Notes: generated by a model not told the origin, from the sequence alone. Positions 1-9,506 are shown, numbered from the stretch's first letter. The stretch: 64,000 nucleotides of DNA from Anaerolineae bacterium (GCA_040766725.1 JAXGPZ010000001.1:2721529-2785528), one strand, 5' to 3'. A program made the numbers and translations.

Positions 1-777
1 GCCGTTGCCGTTCGTCTATGTCGGCCGAGGCGTCTTGCAGCACCAACAACGCGCCTTGTGGGTTACCATCATCGGACAGAGGCAACACGGTGACATCTAG
101 CCATCGCACCGCTCCCGTGTCGACGGTGAGCCCGAGCTGTACCTCGGCGGCCAGCTCGCCACGCATCGTCTCCCACAGGTTCGTCAGCTCCTCAGGCGCA
201 AAGGGGACGCCGTCGGGATGCTGCACGGTCTCGATGCGGCGCACGAGCTCATCGATCGCGAGCGCGCCCGGTTCTTTGCCCAGCAGCCGATAGGCCGCCG
301 CGTTGGCCAACACGGGGTCGCCCTCTGCGTCCACGGCGATCACGCCCACCGGGAGCCGCTCCAAGAGCTGGCCGCGCTCGGCCCACGGCAGTTGGGCGCT
401 CGACAGCGGCGCGCCGGCCCCAGGCATAGGGCTGATGCGCACCAGATAGGCCACCAGCGTGTCATCACCGCGGAGCACCGGCTCGACGGTCAGATGCAGT
501 CGTTGCGGCCCGTCGGGCGAGCGCTCAGCCTCGAGGTCCAGGCTCTGCTGCCCCCCCTGCCTGGCCCGCTCCAGCCAAGCCGTCATGTCGGGCAGCCTTG
601 CCGGGCCAGCGACAACCTGCAGCCACTGGCCCAACGGTTGGCCGACTATGCCCTGCACGGCCTCGCCGAACAGGCGCGCAACGGCCAGGCTCTGGCCCAT
701 CACCAGGCCATGAGGAGAGACGATCACCACCGCCTCGGCGGCGAGATCTAGCAGGCGACGTACGACGGGGTCATCCA
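1..777 (-). CDS. PAS-domain sensor protein, N-terminal part (gene continues past the window start)
   Basis: Reverse-strand translation from ATG at 775-777 reads MDDPVVRRLLDLAAEAVVIVSPHG..., and further on ...EELTNLWETMRGELAAEVQLGLTV. There are two PAS-like blocks and a protein-like composition. The ORF is absent from the track because it is open at the window edge. Confidence 0.55.
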
Positions 778-1062
778 TAGAGCAAGAGCCAGAGGTGTTC
801 ACTCGACGCGCCATCACGCCAGGCGCTCCACAAGGCGCCACATGGTTATGCCCATCCCCATCCCCACATCTTGTCCACTGAGCGTGGCTCCAGAGCCCCC
901 CAGCTCTGCCGCCTCACGGCGCGAGCCACGCTTCCGTTCCGATATCGCCATTATATCACAAGATGGACCGAGATCACATTCTCTTTACGCTCTGCGTGCG
1001 ATGGACATAGAAGTACCGGGGCGACCGCTGTAGACGGCCACCCCGGTGCACATGCGACTGTG

Positions 1063-1518
1063 TTAGGCGTAGCTGGGTGACTCGCCCAGGTACTTCTTGA
1101 TGAGGTCGCGCAGCTCGGGCAGGTTCACAAACCGGCTGTAGCCGTGGATGACGCCGAGCACCCGGTTGGGGTCGCTCTTGGCGTGAAAGCTCACGGTGCC
1201 GCCGCCCGCAGTGGTGGCGCGGGCGTACGCCTTGCCCACGTCGGCCCACGCAAAGGAGAAATCCTGGCTCTTGGGGAAATAGCCGGCCGCCGACATGCCG
1301 ACATCGTCGACCTTGATGACCGGATCGCTCAGGTAGTCAACTGTCTGGCGAAACAGCACGTAGAGCAGCGCCAGGCCGATGATCGAAAAGAGCACATCCA
1401 TAAAGCCCGTGACCACGCCACTGAACAGGAAATAGGCGCTGATGACGATGCCTACCAGGCACAGCACGCCGAACAGCACGATCTTGCCACGCTCTTTGCC
1501 CTGACGGAATTCGACCAT
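1063..1518 (-). CDS. hypothetical membrane protein (two N-terminal TM helices, bacterial PH-like C-terminal region)
   Basis: 151-aa ORF with protein-like composition. AGGAGGGGAG precedes the ATG at 1518. Confidence 0.6.
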   Translation of the reverse strand: MVEFRQGKERGKIVLFGVLCLVGIVISAYFLFSGVVTGFMDVLFSIIGLALLYVLFRQTVDYLSDPVIKVDDVGMSAAGYFPKSQDFSFAWADVGKAYARATTAGGGTVSFHAKSDPNRVLGVIHGYSRFVNLPELRDLIKKYLGESPSYA

Positions 1519-1615
1519 CTCCCCTCCTGTTGCACGACTCAGTGCTTTCGATTCTAGCGAACGGGCGCGACGCCTGTCAAGCTACAGCGGCTCAAGCGTG
1601 CCCACGCCAGCGGCC

Positions 1616-2335
1616 TCAGCCGCCCTGGTGGTAGGGCGGCAGGCGCAGCACCATCACGCGGCTGTTGAGCGTGTGCGGGGGGCGCCCCTGCCGCAGCGCC
1701 GCCCGCGCCTCGATCAGCACCTCGGGTGGGGCGTCGCCCTGCGCCCAGCCCGGCAGTGGATCGCCTTCCTGCGGCGGCCTGACTGCCTCAAAGCCGAGGC
1801 GAGCATAGGTGGTGTAGGGCAGCGCTCCCGCCCACACGCAAAAGTTGAACAGCCCGGAGGGCGCCCCCGGCCCGATGATGCCCTCATAGTCGTGGGTGCG
1901 CGCCCAGCGGATCGACTCTTGCAGCAGCGCCGTGCCAATGCCCCGTGAAAAGTAGCGCTGGTCGGTGCCATCAAAGATGGTGCGCGCGCGATCGTGGGTG
2001 GCCAACTCGGCGGCGTAGGTGTCGACGGTGCGCCCGACGTGAAAGCACGCATGGCACCAGGCCACCCCCTCAAAGCCCGCGCTCATGACATACCGAAGGC
2101 GCTCGTCAGGCAGGCGGTCGGGCGTGGTGGGCAGCTCGATGCGAAAGGTGTGCAGCACGCCCACACACCGATCGCCCTCCCAGGCTGCCATGCCGATGGT
2201 CTCTTGGGCGGCAAAGAGCTTGTTGAGCACCTCGACGTCGTCTCCCCAGCAGCGCCAGGGGATCAGATGGATCTGATCGATACTGGCCGGACGTACCTCG
2301 ATGCGAGTGTCGTCAGGAGCGGTAGGTTCCACCAT
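1616..2335 (-). CDS. GNAT family N-acetyltransferase
   Basis: RGIGTALLQ acetyl-CoA-binding motif. The internal ATG at 2335 is preceded by AAGGTGGAGG, and the longer ORF up to 2482 has no RBS. Confidence 0.75.
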   Translation of the reverse strand: MVEPTAPDDTRIEVRPASIDQIHLIPWRCWGDDVEVLNKLFAAQETIGMAAWEGDRCVGVLHTFRIELPTTPDRLPDERLRYVMSAGFEGVAWCHACFHVGRTVDTYAAELATHDRARTIFDGTDQRYFSRGIGTALLQESIRWARTHDYEGIIGPGAPSGLFNFCVWAGALPYTTYARLGFEAVRPPQEGDPLPGWAQGDAPPEVLIEARAALRQGRPPHTLNSRVMVLRLPPYHQGG

Positions 2336-2405
2336 GGCTTGCCTCCACCTTGCGGGTGTGCACCCAGCGCGCAGCAGTCGATCGTTGGCAACCCGGTGCG
2401 CGCTT

Positions 2406-2434
2406 ACTGTAGCGTAAGTATGGCCGGTGGTCAA
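2406..2434 (-). promoter_or_regulatory. sigma70-like promoter for the GNAT gene (TTGACC-N17-TACAGT on minus strand)
   Basis: Minus-strand -35/-10 hexamers with 17-nt spacer, about 70 nt upstream of the GNAT start. Confidence 0.45.
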
Positions 2435-2447
2435 GGCGCCAAAGCAT

Positions 2448-2475
2448 GAGGCCCAGCCATTGCTGGCTGGGCCTC
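2448..2475. repeat. perfect 12-bp inverted repeat with 4-nt spacer (GAGGCCCAGCCA ttgc TGGCTGGGCCTC)
   Basis: Read directly from the sequence. It lies between the divergent GNAT promoter and the AT-rich leader region of the ABC locus. Candidate protein operator or insulating hairpin. Confidence 0.5.
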
Positions 2476-2869
2476 GAGGCAAGGAGAAGTGTGAGTTGGA
2501 AAGGAGATACGATGTACCCGTCTGGAGCCTTTGCGGGTCCCCGTCCGCTCCAGCTCCTATCTGGTTGTCCGTGTCGGCGCCGTCCTCACCGACACCTATA
2601 TATTAGCAAAGTCAATCAAGTTTGTCAAGTATCTACAGGGGGCTTTTTCGGGTTCTCACGTTATCCGCTGAACTCAGGGGCGGCAAACGCACCCAGGCGT
2701 CGGTCGTCCGCTCGCGGTGGCGCCCCAGCCCCGAAAGGCACGGCCGACGTTGGCAGCGTTTGAGCAGCGCCGCGCGCCGCCTGCCAGCGCCAGCGGCATA
2801 GCTGGCAGCACGTCTGGCGCCGCCGGCCATGGTCTCTGGCCTGCTATGCCAAGTTCGCGCCAAAAACCC

Positions 2870-2899
2870 TTGACAAGGCCCCCCCGCATCTGCTATGCT
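2870..2899 (+). promoter_or_regulatory. near-consensus sigma70-like promoter (TTGACA-N18-TATGCT)
   Basis: TTGACA at 2870-2875 and TATGCT at 2894-2899. It sits about 35 nt upstream of the AGGAGG RBS of the small leader ORF. Confidence 0.6.
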
Positions 2900-2933
2900 G
2901 TGGTTCGGCTGACATTCACAGGAGGTCTATCCA

Positions 2934-3020
2934 GTGGTTCACATGCGTCTCATCGCCCATCTCTGCAAGTTCGGCGTCCTGGGCGCCGTCGTGCGTGGGC
3001 GAGGTGCGCCTGAACGCTGA
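2934..3020 (+). CDS. 28-codon leader-type small ORF (VVHMRLIAHLCKFGVLGAVVRGRGAPER)
   Basis: AGGAGG at 2920-2925, then 8 nt, then a GTG start. The stop at 3018-3020 lies 20 nt before the stem of an intrinsic terminator. Too short to appear in the ORF track. Confidence 0.45.
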   Translation: MVHMRLIAHLCKFGVLGAVVRGRGAPER

Positions 3021-3039
3021 GTGACTCGCTTGCATGCGA

Positions 3040-3084
3040 GGCTCGGCCCGGGGCGCCATCAGTCCCGCGGCCGAGCCTTTTTGA
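3040..3084 (+). terminator. rho-independent terminator / candidate attenuator (GGCTCGGCCCGGGG...CCCGCGGCCGAGCC + TTTTTGA)
   Basis: GC-rich stem of 9 bp or more followed by a T5 run. It sits between the leader ORF and the ABC exporter genes. Confidence 0.6.
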
Positions 3085-3209
3085 TTGGCTCACAACGGCC
3101 GTGGGAACCAGCCCCGGCCGTTGACTCTTTATGGCCGTGCAGGCGCCCTTGGGCCTGCCCGACGCAACGCTGTGACCATCCGCCCTATGCGCACACAAGG
3201 AGAAGAGTG

Positions 3210-3278
3210 ATGAACCGCAGTTCGCACATGGCCCGGCAGCATGGCCTCACGTCTCTGGACCCCGAGGCCCCTGGCTAA
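3210..3278 (+). CDS. 22-codon small ORF (MNRSSHMARQHGLTSLDPEAPG) immediately upstream of the ABC exporter
   Basis: AAGGAG at 3196-3201, then 8 nt, then ATG at 3210. TAA stop at 3276-3278, 37 nt before the exporter GTG start. Confidence 0.35.
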   Translation: MNRSSHMARQHGLTSLDPEAPG

Positions 3279-3315
3279 CGCGTTCGCTCTTTTACACCTG
3301 CACGAGGTCGAGACC

Positions 3316-5082
3316 GTGAACACAGCAACTCGAAACAGTCTACGCGCCTATGCTGCGCTGCTGGCGCACTATGTCAAGCCTTACTGGCGCCAGGCCCTGG
3401 CGCTGACCGTCATCCTGCTGGGCAGCATCGGCCTGTCGCTGGTCAGCCCGCAGGTGGTGCGACGCTTCATTGACCTGGCCCAGTCGCAGGCCGACCTGAG
3501 CCTGCTCATCTATGCCGCCCTCACCTACCTGGGCATCGGTTTGGCGGTGCGCGGCATGGACGTGTCTGTTGCCTACCTGGGCACCAACCTGGGCTATGCC
3601 ACCACCAACCGCCTGCGCGAGGACCTGGCGCGACACCTGCTGGGGCTCGACATGGAGTTCCACAACAGCCACACCTCGGGCGAGCTGATCGAGCGCATCG
3701 ACGGCGATGTGACGTCGTTGACGAACTTTTTCAGTCAGTTCGCCGTGCGGCTGGTGGGCGCCTTTTTGCTGATCCTGGGTGTGGTGCTGGTGATGTTCGC
3801 TACCGACTGGCGCGTGGGCCTGGTCATGGGCCTGTTCGCCTTTGGCTCGCTGGGGCTGATGGTCTACCTCAGCCGCTATGCAGTGCACGAGTCTGAAGAG
3901 GAGCGCCAGGCCAACGCCGAGCTGTTCGGCTTTGTCGAGGAGCGTCTCGCGGGGCTGGACGAGATCCGCGCCAACGGCGCCGGCCCCTACACCATGCGGC
4001 GGCTCTATGAGATCGGCCGCTCCTGGTACGAGCGCACCACGCGCGCCTGGAAGCGCCGTGGCTATCTGTGGGTGTTCATGATGGGCTTTTGGGGCATGGC
4101 CGGCGTCCTCTCGCTGAGTCTGGGCATCCTGTTTTACCTGCGAGGCCAGTTCAGCATTGGCACGGTGTTCATGCTCAACCAGTACAGCATGATGCTGGGC
4201 GATCCGATCGAGCGCATCTCGCACCAGATCCAGGATCTGCAGAAGGCTCTGGCCGCCATCGAAAGGGTGCGCGACCTGTTCGCTCTGCAGCCCAGCATCT
4301 CCAACGGGCACGGCGAGCTGCTGCCCGCCGGCGCGTTGCCGGTGCAGTTCGAGGACGTGGTCTTTCACTATGACGACGGCGACCCCAACGAGCCAGTGCT
4401 GCAGCACATCTCGTTCGAGCTCGAGCCCGGCACCACGCTGGGGCTGCTGGGTCGCACCGGCAGCGGCAAGACGACGCTGACGCGGCTGCTGTTTCGCCTT
4501 TGGGACCCCAAGTCGGGCGCCGTGCGTCTGGCCGGACAGGCGCTGCCCCGCGTCAACCTGGAGAACCTGCGCCAGCGCGTGGGCATGGTGACGCAAGAGG
4601 TGCAGCTCTTTGAGGCCAGCGTGCGCGACAACCTGACCTTTTTCGACGAGACGATCCCCGACGAGCGGGTGATCGCCGTGATCCGCGAGCTGGGCATGGG
4701 CGCCTGGTTCGACAGCCTCGAGAAGGGGCTCGACACCATGCTCCCGCCGGGCGGCGGTGGCCTGTCGGCCGGCGAACAGCAACTGCTGGCCTTTGGGCGG
4801 GTGTTCCTGCAAGACCCGGGCCTGGTGGTGCTCGACGAGCCCTCTTCGCGGCTCGACCCGGCCACCGAGCAGCGCCTGGAGCACGCCATGGATCGCCTGT
4901 TGCGGGGCCGTACGGGCATCATCATCGCCCATCGGCTGGCCACGGTGCAGCGTGTCGACGAGATCATGATCATGGATCAGGGCGCCATCCAAGAGCACGG
5001 GCGTCGCGCCGCCCTGGTGGCCGACCACAGCTCACGTTTCCATCAACTGTTGACCACCGGCCTCGAAGAGGCCTTTGCATAG
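3316..5082 (+). CDS. ABC transporter permease/ATP-binding protein (type I exporter half-transporter, MsbA/BmrC-like), first of a pair
   Basis: N-terminal six-TM region plus Walker A GRTGSGKTT, signature LSAGEQQ and Walker B VVLDEPSS. The GTG at 3316 follows GAGG. Confidence 0.85.
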   Translation: MNTATRNSLRAYAALLAHYVKPYWRQALALTVILLGSIGLSLVSPQVVRRFIDLAQSQADLSLLIYAALTYLGIGLAVRGMDVSVAYLGTNLGYATTNRLREDLARHLLGLDMEFHNSHTSGELIERIDGDVTSLTNFFSQFAVRLVGAFLLILGVVLVMFATDWRVGLVMGLFAFGSLGLMVYLSRYAVHESEEERQANAELFGFVEERLAGLDEIRANGAGPYTMRRLYEIGRSWYERTTRAWKRRGYLWVFMMGFWGMAGVLSLSLGILFYLRGQFSIGTVFMLNQYSMMLGDPIERISHQIQDLQKALAAIERVRDLFALQPSISNGHGELLPAGALPVQFEDVVFHYDDGDPNEPVLQHISFELEPGTTLGLLGRTGSGKTTLTRLLFRLWDPKSGAVRLAGQALPRVNLENLRQRVGMVTQEVQLFEASVRDNLTFFDETIPDERVIAVIRELGMGAWFDSLEKGLDTMLPPGGGGLSAGEQQLLAFGRVFLQDPGLVVLDEPSSRLDPATEQRLEHAMDRLLRGRTGIIIAHRLATVQRVDEIMIMDQGAIQEHGRRAALVADHSSRFHQLLTTGLEEAFA

Positions 5083-5096
5083 TGGAGAATCTGACC

Positions 5097-6938
5097 ATGC
5101 ACGTAGAACAGAGCCCCCGGGTGCCCTGGCTCAAGTACACCTGGCGGCTGATCACCTACAAGCCCTGGCTGTTTGCGGCCAACCTGTTGACCTGGGGTGT
5201 CTTCCATGGCCTGCCCGTGCTCACGGGCCTGGCCGGGCGAGAGATCTTTGACGCCCTCGAGGGCGGCTCTCGTTGGGGCTGGAGCCCATGGGCCTTTGTG
5301 GTGGCCCTGTTTGTGGCCGAGATGTTGCGGCTGGGCGCCTTTCGCGTTGCCTTTGGCATTTTCATCGATCAGTGGTTCATCCTCGAGTCGCTGGTGCGAC
5401 GCAACGTGATGGACCACCTGCTCAACGCGGCGGGCGCCCGGCTGCTGCCCGATTCGTCGGGCGCGGCCGTCACCACCCTGCGCGACGACATCCACGACGT
5501 GGGCGACTGGGTCGAGGGGCTCACCGATCTGGGTGGCCTGGTGGTGTTCGTCAGCTCGTCGCTGGCGGTCATGTTCAGCATCAACTGGGTGATCACCCTG
5601 GTGATCATGCTGCCGGTGCTGGGCTCGGCTGTGCTGGGCATCACCATGGCGCAGCGTATCCGCAAGTATCGCCGCGCCAACCGCGCTGCCACCTCACGAG
5701 TGACCGGGTTCATCGGCGAGGTGTTCGGCGCTGCCCAGCCCGTCAAGGTGGCCTGCGCCGAGGACAACACCACGCGCTACTTTCGCAAGCTGAACGAGAG
5801 GCGCCGCGTGGCGGCCGTGCAAGACACCCTGGCCAGCGAGCTGTTCAACTCGGCCACGCACCTGCTGATCGAGCTGAGCATCACGGCGGTGCTGCTGCTC
5901 GGCGCGCAGTCGATGCGCACCGGCGACTTTACCGTCGGCGACTTTGCCCTGTTCGTGAGCTATATCTGGCCGCTGGGCTTTTATATGCGCTATGTGGGCA
6001 ACATCATGGCGCGGCAGAAGCGAGTATCGGTCTCGTTCGACCGGCTGACCAAGCTGATGGTCGACGCGCCCGAAGGCCAGCTCGTGGCTCACGAGGCGGT
6101 CTATCTCAAGGGCGAGCTGCCCGCCGTGCCGCTGCCGCAGCCCACGCCGGCAGACCGTCTGGACAGCCTGGTGGTGTCGGGGCTCACCTACGTGCACCCC
6201 AGCACCGGCCGCGGCATCCACGCTATCGACCTGTCGCTCGAGCGTGGCGAGCTGGTGGTGGTCACCGGGCGCATCGGCGCCGGCAAGACGACGCTGCTGC
6301 GCGCCCTGCTGGGCCTGGTGCCCACGCAGCAGGGGGCCATCCTGTGGAACGGCAAGCCGGTGAGCGACCCGGCCACCTGGTTCCGGCCGCCTCGCACTGC
6401 CTATACGCCGCAGGTGCCGCGCCTCTTTAGCGAGACGCTGCGCGAGAACGTGCTGGCCGGGCTGCCCGAGATGAACGGCAACCTCGAGAGCGCACTCGAC
6501 CGGGCGGTGATGGACTATGACCTGACCGAGCTCGACCGTGGGCTCGACACGCAGGTGGGCCCACGCGGCGTCAAGCTGTCAGGTGGGCAGATGCAGCGCA
6601 CGGCAGCAGCGCGCATGTTCGTGCGCGAGCCCGAGCTGTATGTCTTTGACGACCTCTCCAGCGCGCTCGATGTCGAGACCGAGGCCAAGCTATGGCAGCG
6701 CATCGGCCGGCTGGCCGGCGCCACCTGCCTGGTGGTGAGCCATCGCCGCTCGGTGCTACGTCGGGCCAACCGCATCATCGTGCTCAAAGATGGGCACGTG
6801 GCGGCCCGCGGCAGGCTCGACGAGCTGCTGGTCACTTCGCCCGAGATGCAGGCACTGTGGCACGGAGAGGACGAGAGCAACGGCCACGCCGTCGTAGAGG
6901 CGGCCGCGGCGCTGACGCCGGCGGCTGGCGCCGCCTAG
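5097..6938 (+). CDS. ABC transporter permease/ATP-binding protein, second half of the heterodimeric exporter pair
   Basis: Walker A GRIGAGKTT, signature LSGGQMQ, Walker B YVFDDLSS. GGAG lies 8 nt before the ATG at 5097. The ORF-track start at 5082 overlaps the upstream stop. Confidence 0.85.
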   Translation: MHVEQSPRVPWLKYTWRLITYKPWLFAANLLTWGVFHGLPVLTGLAGREIFDALEGGSRWGWSPWAFVVALFVAEMLRLGAFRVAFGIFIDQWFILESLVRRNVMDHLLNAAGARLLPDSSGAAVTTLRDDIHDVGDWVEGLTDLGGLVVFVSSSLAVMFSINWVITLVIMLPVLGSAVLGITMAQRIRKYRRANRAATSRVTGFIGEVFGAAQPVKVACAEDNTTRYFRKLNERRRVAAVQDTLASELFNSATHLLIELSITAVLLLGAQSMRTGDFTVGDFALFVSYIWPLGFYMRYVGNIMARQKRVSVSFDRLTKLMVDAPEGQLVAHEAVYLKGELPAVPLPQPTPADRLDSLVVSGLTYVHPSTGRGIHAIDLSLERGELVVVTGRIGAGKTTLLRALLGLVPTQQGAILWNGKPVSDPATWFRPPRTAYTPQVPRLFSETLRENVLAGLPEMNGNLESALDRAVMDYDLTELDRGLDTQVGPRGVKLSGGQMQRTAAARMFVREPELYVFDDLSSALDVETEAKLWQRIGRLAGATCLVVSHRRSVLRRANRIIVLKDGHVAARGRLDELLVTSPEMQALWHGEDESNGHAVVEAAAALTPAAGAA

Positions 6939-6996
6939 CAGCGGGCGGCTGCGGGGCGCCTTGTGCACCGTAAGTGCGACAGCAAGGGGACAGAGC

Positions 6997-7025
6997 AAGA
7001 GGGGCGCGCAGTGCGCGCCCCTCTT
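6997..7025. terminator. bidirectional hairpin terminator between convergent genes (AAGAGGGGCGCGCA gt GCGCGCCCCTCTT)
   Basis: Perfect 13-bp GC-rich palindrome between the ABC gene (+) and a membrane-protein gene (-). Confidence 0.5.
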
Positions 7026-7036
7026 CAGGTGTCGGG

Positions 7037-7492
7037 TCAGGTCGATGCTGACGTCCTGAGGCGGTGCGAGGCCAGGTTCAGCGCGCTGCTGATCACGAAC
7101 AGCGCGCCAAGCAGCAGCCACAAGCGTCGGCTGACGGCAGCGAACGGCCACCAGTAGAACATCGCCGTCGCCAGGTAAAGCAGCAGATAGGGCACCAGAA
7201 TCGGCCAACGCGGCGGGCTGCGCCAGGGGATGCGCAGGACGTACTCGACCGTATAGCCCAGGACGGACCACACCAGGTAGAGGAGCCCGCCGGCCCACAG
7301 GGGCCAGGCCAGGCCCCATCGCCGCAGCAAGACGCTCAGGGCGGCCACGGGTATGCTCAGCGCATAGACGATCCAGCCCCAGCGCAGAGCAACAGGCATG
7401 GCCCAACGCCGCACGGCAAAGTGCACCAGCAGCACCGTTTGAAACAGAATCGCGGCGCCCGCAGCCAGCCTCAAAGCCGTGTCTGTTGGCAT
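7037..7492 (-). CDS. hypothetical polytopic membrane protein
   Basis: 151-aa ORF, four hydrophobic helices, Trp-rich. Confidence 0.55.
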   Translation of the reverse strand: MPTDTALRLAAGAAILFQTVLLVHFAVRRWAMPVALRWGWIVYALSIPVAALSVLLRRWGLAWPLWAGGLLYLVWSVLGYTVEYVLRIPWRSPPRWPILVPYLLLYLATAMFYWWPFAAVSRRLWLLLGALFVISSALNLASHRLRTSAST

Positions 7493-7530
7493 CGCACCCC
7501 TCTCAGCGAGCGCGCCTCAGGTGCGCCGCG

Positions 7531-8091
7531 CTATTTGCCGGGACGCACGCTATCGCTGCGGCCACGCGGCGGCGCCGGCTTGAGCTCGTTCTCAGATTTG
7601 ACGTTGCGTTTGGGCTCGACATCATCCTTGTCGCGCGCGCCCATGCGCCGCCACATCGTGCCACCGTTGTCGACCAGAGTGTCCTCTTTGGCGTCGTAGA
7701 CGAACCGAACGGTGGCGTCGTCCTCGAGCGTAAAGGCGGGCTTGCCCAGGCACTTGACGGGCGCCTTGCCCACCAGCCGCCCTTCACCATCGATGGTCAG
7801 CCAGCCCTTGACGAGGCAGGCATAGGGGCCATCGTCATCGTCATCAGAGCACATGCTGGCGGCATCATCGCGCAGGTTAAAGTGATAGCGGCCCTTGGGG
7901 CCCGCCGAGATGCTCAGCCGCATGCGGCTGCCGTCATGATCATTGTCGTCGCGGTCGCCGTCGCCATCGGTGTCGCCATCGATGGCCTGCCAGGCGCCCA
8001 CGAACGGCGCCGCCTTGGGCGCCGCAGCAGCCTCAACGCTCACGGCCAGCGATAGCGCCAACAGGAGCGCAACCATCCACCATCGCTTCAT
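7531..8091 (-). CDS. secreted Asp-rich hypothetical protein (signal peptide MKRWWMVALLLALSLAVSVEAAAA)
   Basis: Signal peptide, then D-rich DGDTDGDGDRDD and DDDDDG runs that resemble calcium-binding loops. Confidence 0.55.
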   Translation of the reverse strand: MKRWWMVALLLALSLAVSVEAAAAPKAAPFVGAWQAIDGDTDGDGDRDDNDHDGSRMRLSISAGPKGRYHFNLRDDAASMCSDDDDDGPYACLVKGWLTIDGEGRLVGKAPVKCLGKPAFTLEDDATVRFVYDAKEDTLVDNGGTMWRRMGARDKDDVEPKRNVKSENELKPAPPRGRSDSVRPGK

Positions 8092-8231
8092 GTTTCAAAC
8101 CTCGCTTCGAGTCTTCAAACCACTGCGGCTACTGTTGCTATTATAGCGCAAACCGGCTCCCGTCTACCGTCTTCTCGCCCCAGTTGTGCTGGCTGCTCTG
8201 CCCGTGCAGAGCGCCCCTGAGGACAGCCTCG

Positions 8232-8853
8232 TCATTCGACACCGGGCTCGAGCCCGCACCAGCTCAGGCACACGAGCCCGCGGTCGCCGGGCTCGGCCAC
8301 CGCCACGTCGGCGTTGCCAAACGGGTGCGCCAGCGCCCAGCGATAGCGCACATTCTCGAACAGCATCGGCAGCAGCGCCAGATAGAGCCCTCCATGACCC
8401 ACCAGCGCCACGCGCAGGTCGCTATCGCGGTGCGCCTCCACCAGGCCATTCACGAACGGCTCGAAACGCCGCCGCATATCATCCATGCTTTCGCCACCCT
8501 CCACGCGTTGGCCCCACTGCTTGTGGATGGTCCACGCCATAAAGAGGGTGCGGTTGGCCTCCCAGCCCACCGGATCCTTGGTGCCCTCGTAGATGCCCAT
8601 GTCGTACTCGCGCAGGGCGTCAGTGACCTCGACCGGCGCGCCGACTGTAGCGGCCAGGATCTCGGCCGTCTGTTGCGCCCGCAACAGTGGGCTGCTATAG
8701 ATCTGGGCGATGCCCTCGGCGCGCAGACGGTCTGCCAGGCCCTGGGCCTGCTCGCGGCCGGCAGCCGTGAGCGCATGCCCTGGAGGCCGGTTGCTAAAGA
8801 CGCCCGTCGTGTTGGCCTCGCTCTCGCCGTGTCGAGCAAAGTAGAGTCGCATG
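8232..8853 (-). CDS. histidine phosphatase family protein (phosphoglycerate mutase-like)
   Basis: RHGESEAN catalytic motif at the N-terminus. ATG at 8853 preceded by GGGAGAGAG. The longer ORF up to 9626 is a GC-rich extension with no RBS. Confidence 0.75.
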
Positions 8854-8999
8854 CTTCTCTCTCCCGCTGTGAAGCTAGGTGCATCATAGCACGGGCAGTC
8901 GCGCGCGCAATTCAGGCCAGAGTATCGACAGAGAGCGACAGCCCTGGGCAAATGCGCTACAATGAGGCTGTGGGCTATTCGGCACTGGAGGAGGTAGAC

Positions 9000-9506
9000 A
9001 TGAAGCTGTGGGGTTCCGTTCGTCAGGGCGCTGCCAAGGTGGCTTTTGAGGCCGACAAGATGGTCAGGGTTCGCAAACAGGAACAGGCCATCGCCGAAGT
9101 GGAAAAACAGGTTCGTGAGCACTTTGTCAGCCTGGGAGAGTCTGTGCTCGATCTTTACCGCAAAGGCATGGTCGACCACCCCACCATCGCCGCCGCGCAT
9201 CAGCAGATGTCGGCCCTGGAGCAGCAGGTGGCCCAACTGCAGCACGAGCTCGAGCTGATCAAAACCGAGGAGTATGAGCCCGAGGCGCCGGTGGGCGCCG
9301 ATGCCTCGGTGACCGAGTCTTCGGGCCAGCCGGCCGCGCCTGCGGCCCCCGTCGCCGCTGCGGCGCCCATCCAACCGGTGGCTCAGAGCGCGCCCGAGCC
9401 GGCGCCCGCCGCTGAGGTGCGCCACTGCACCAACTGTGGGGCCACCTTGCCAGAGAAAAGCGCCTTTTGCCCCGAGTGCGGCCAGCCCGTCAAGACGGCC
9501 GAGTAG
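9000..9506 (+). CDS. zinc-ribbon domain protein with coiled-coil N-terminus
   Basis: GGAGGAGG before ATG at 9000. C-terminal CTNCGATLPEKSAFCPECGQP zinc-ribbon motif. Ala/Pro-rich linker. Confidence 0.65.
   Translation: MKLWGSVRQGAAKVAFEADKMVRVRKQEQAIAEVEKQVREHFVSLGESVLDLYRKGMVDHPTIAAAHQQMSALEQQVAQLQHELELIKTEEYEPEAPVGADASVTESSGQPAAPAAPVAAAAPIQPVAQSAPEPAPAAEVRHCTNCGATLPEKSAFCPECGQPVKTAE

Noticed and set aside
2446-2763. 105-aa ORF with internal strong RBS-ATG at 2512 (MYPSGAFAGPRPLQ...)
   Set aside because: R/P-rich and low-complexity. It crosses an AT-rich regulatory patch and hairpins. It is kept only as a note within a finding.
3340-5028. 562-aa minus-strand ORF antisense to the first ABC exporter gene
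   Set aside because: Low-complexity Q/R/A/G/H-rich translation typical of high-GC antisense frames. It has no RBS and lies fully inside a confidently identified gene.
8184-9506. 440-aa plus-strand ORF overlapping the histidine phosphatase gene on the opposite strand
   Set aside because: Only the last 168 codons (from GGAGGAGG + ATG at 9000) are credible. The upstream part lies antisense to 8232-8853 and is low-complexity.
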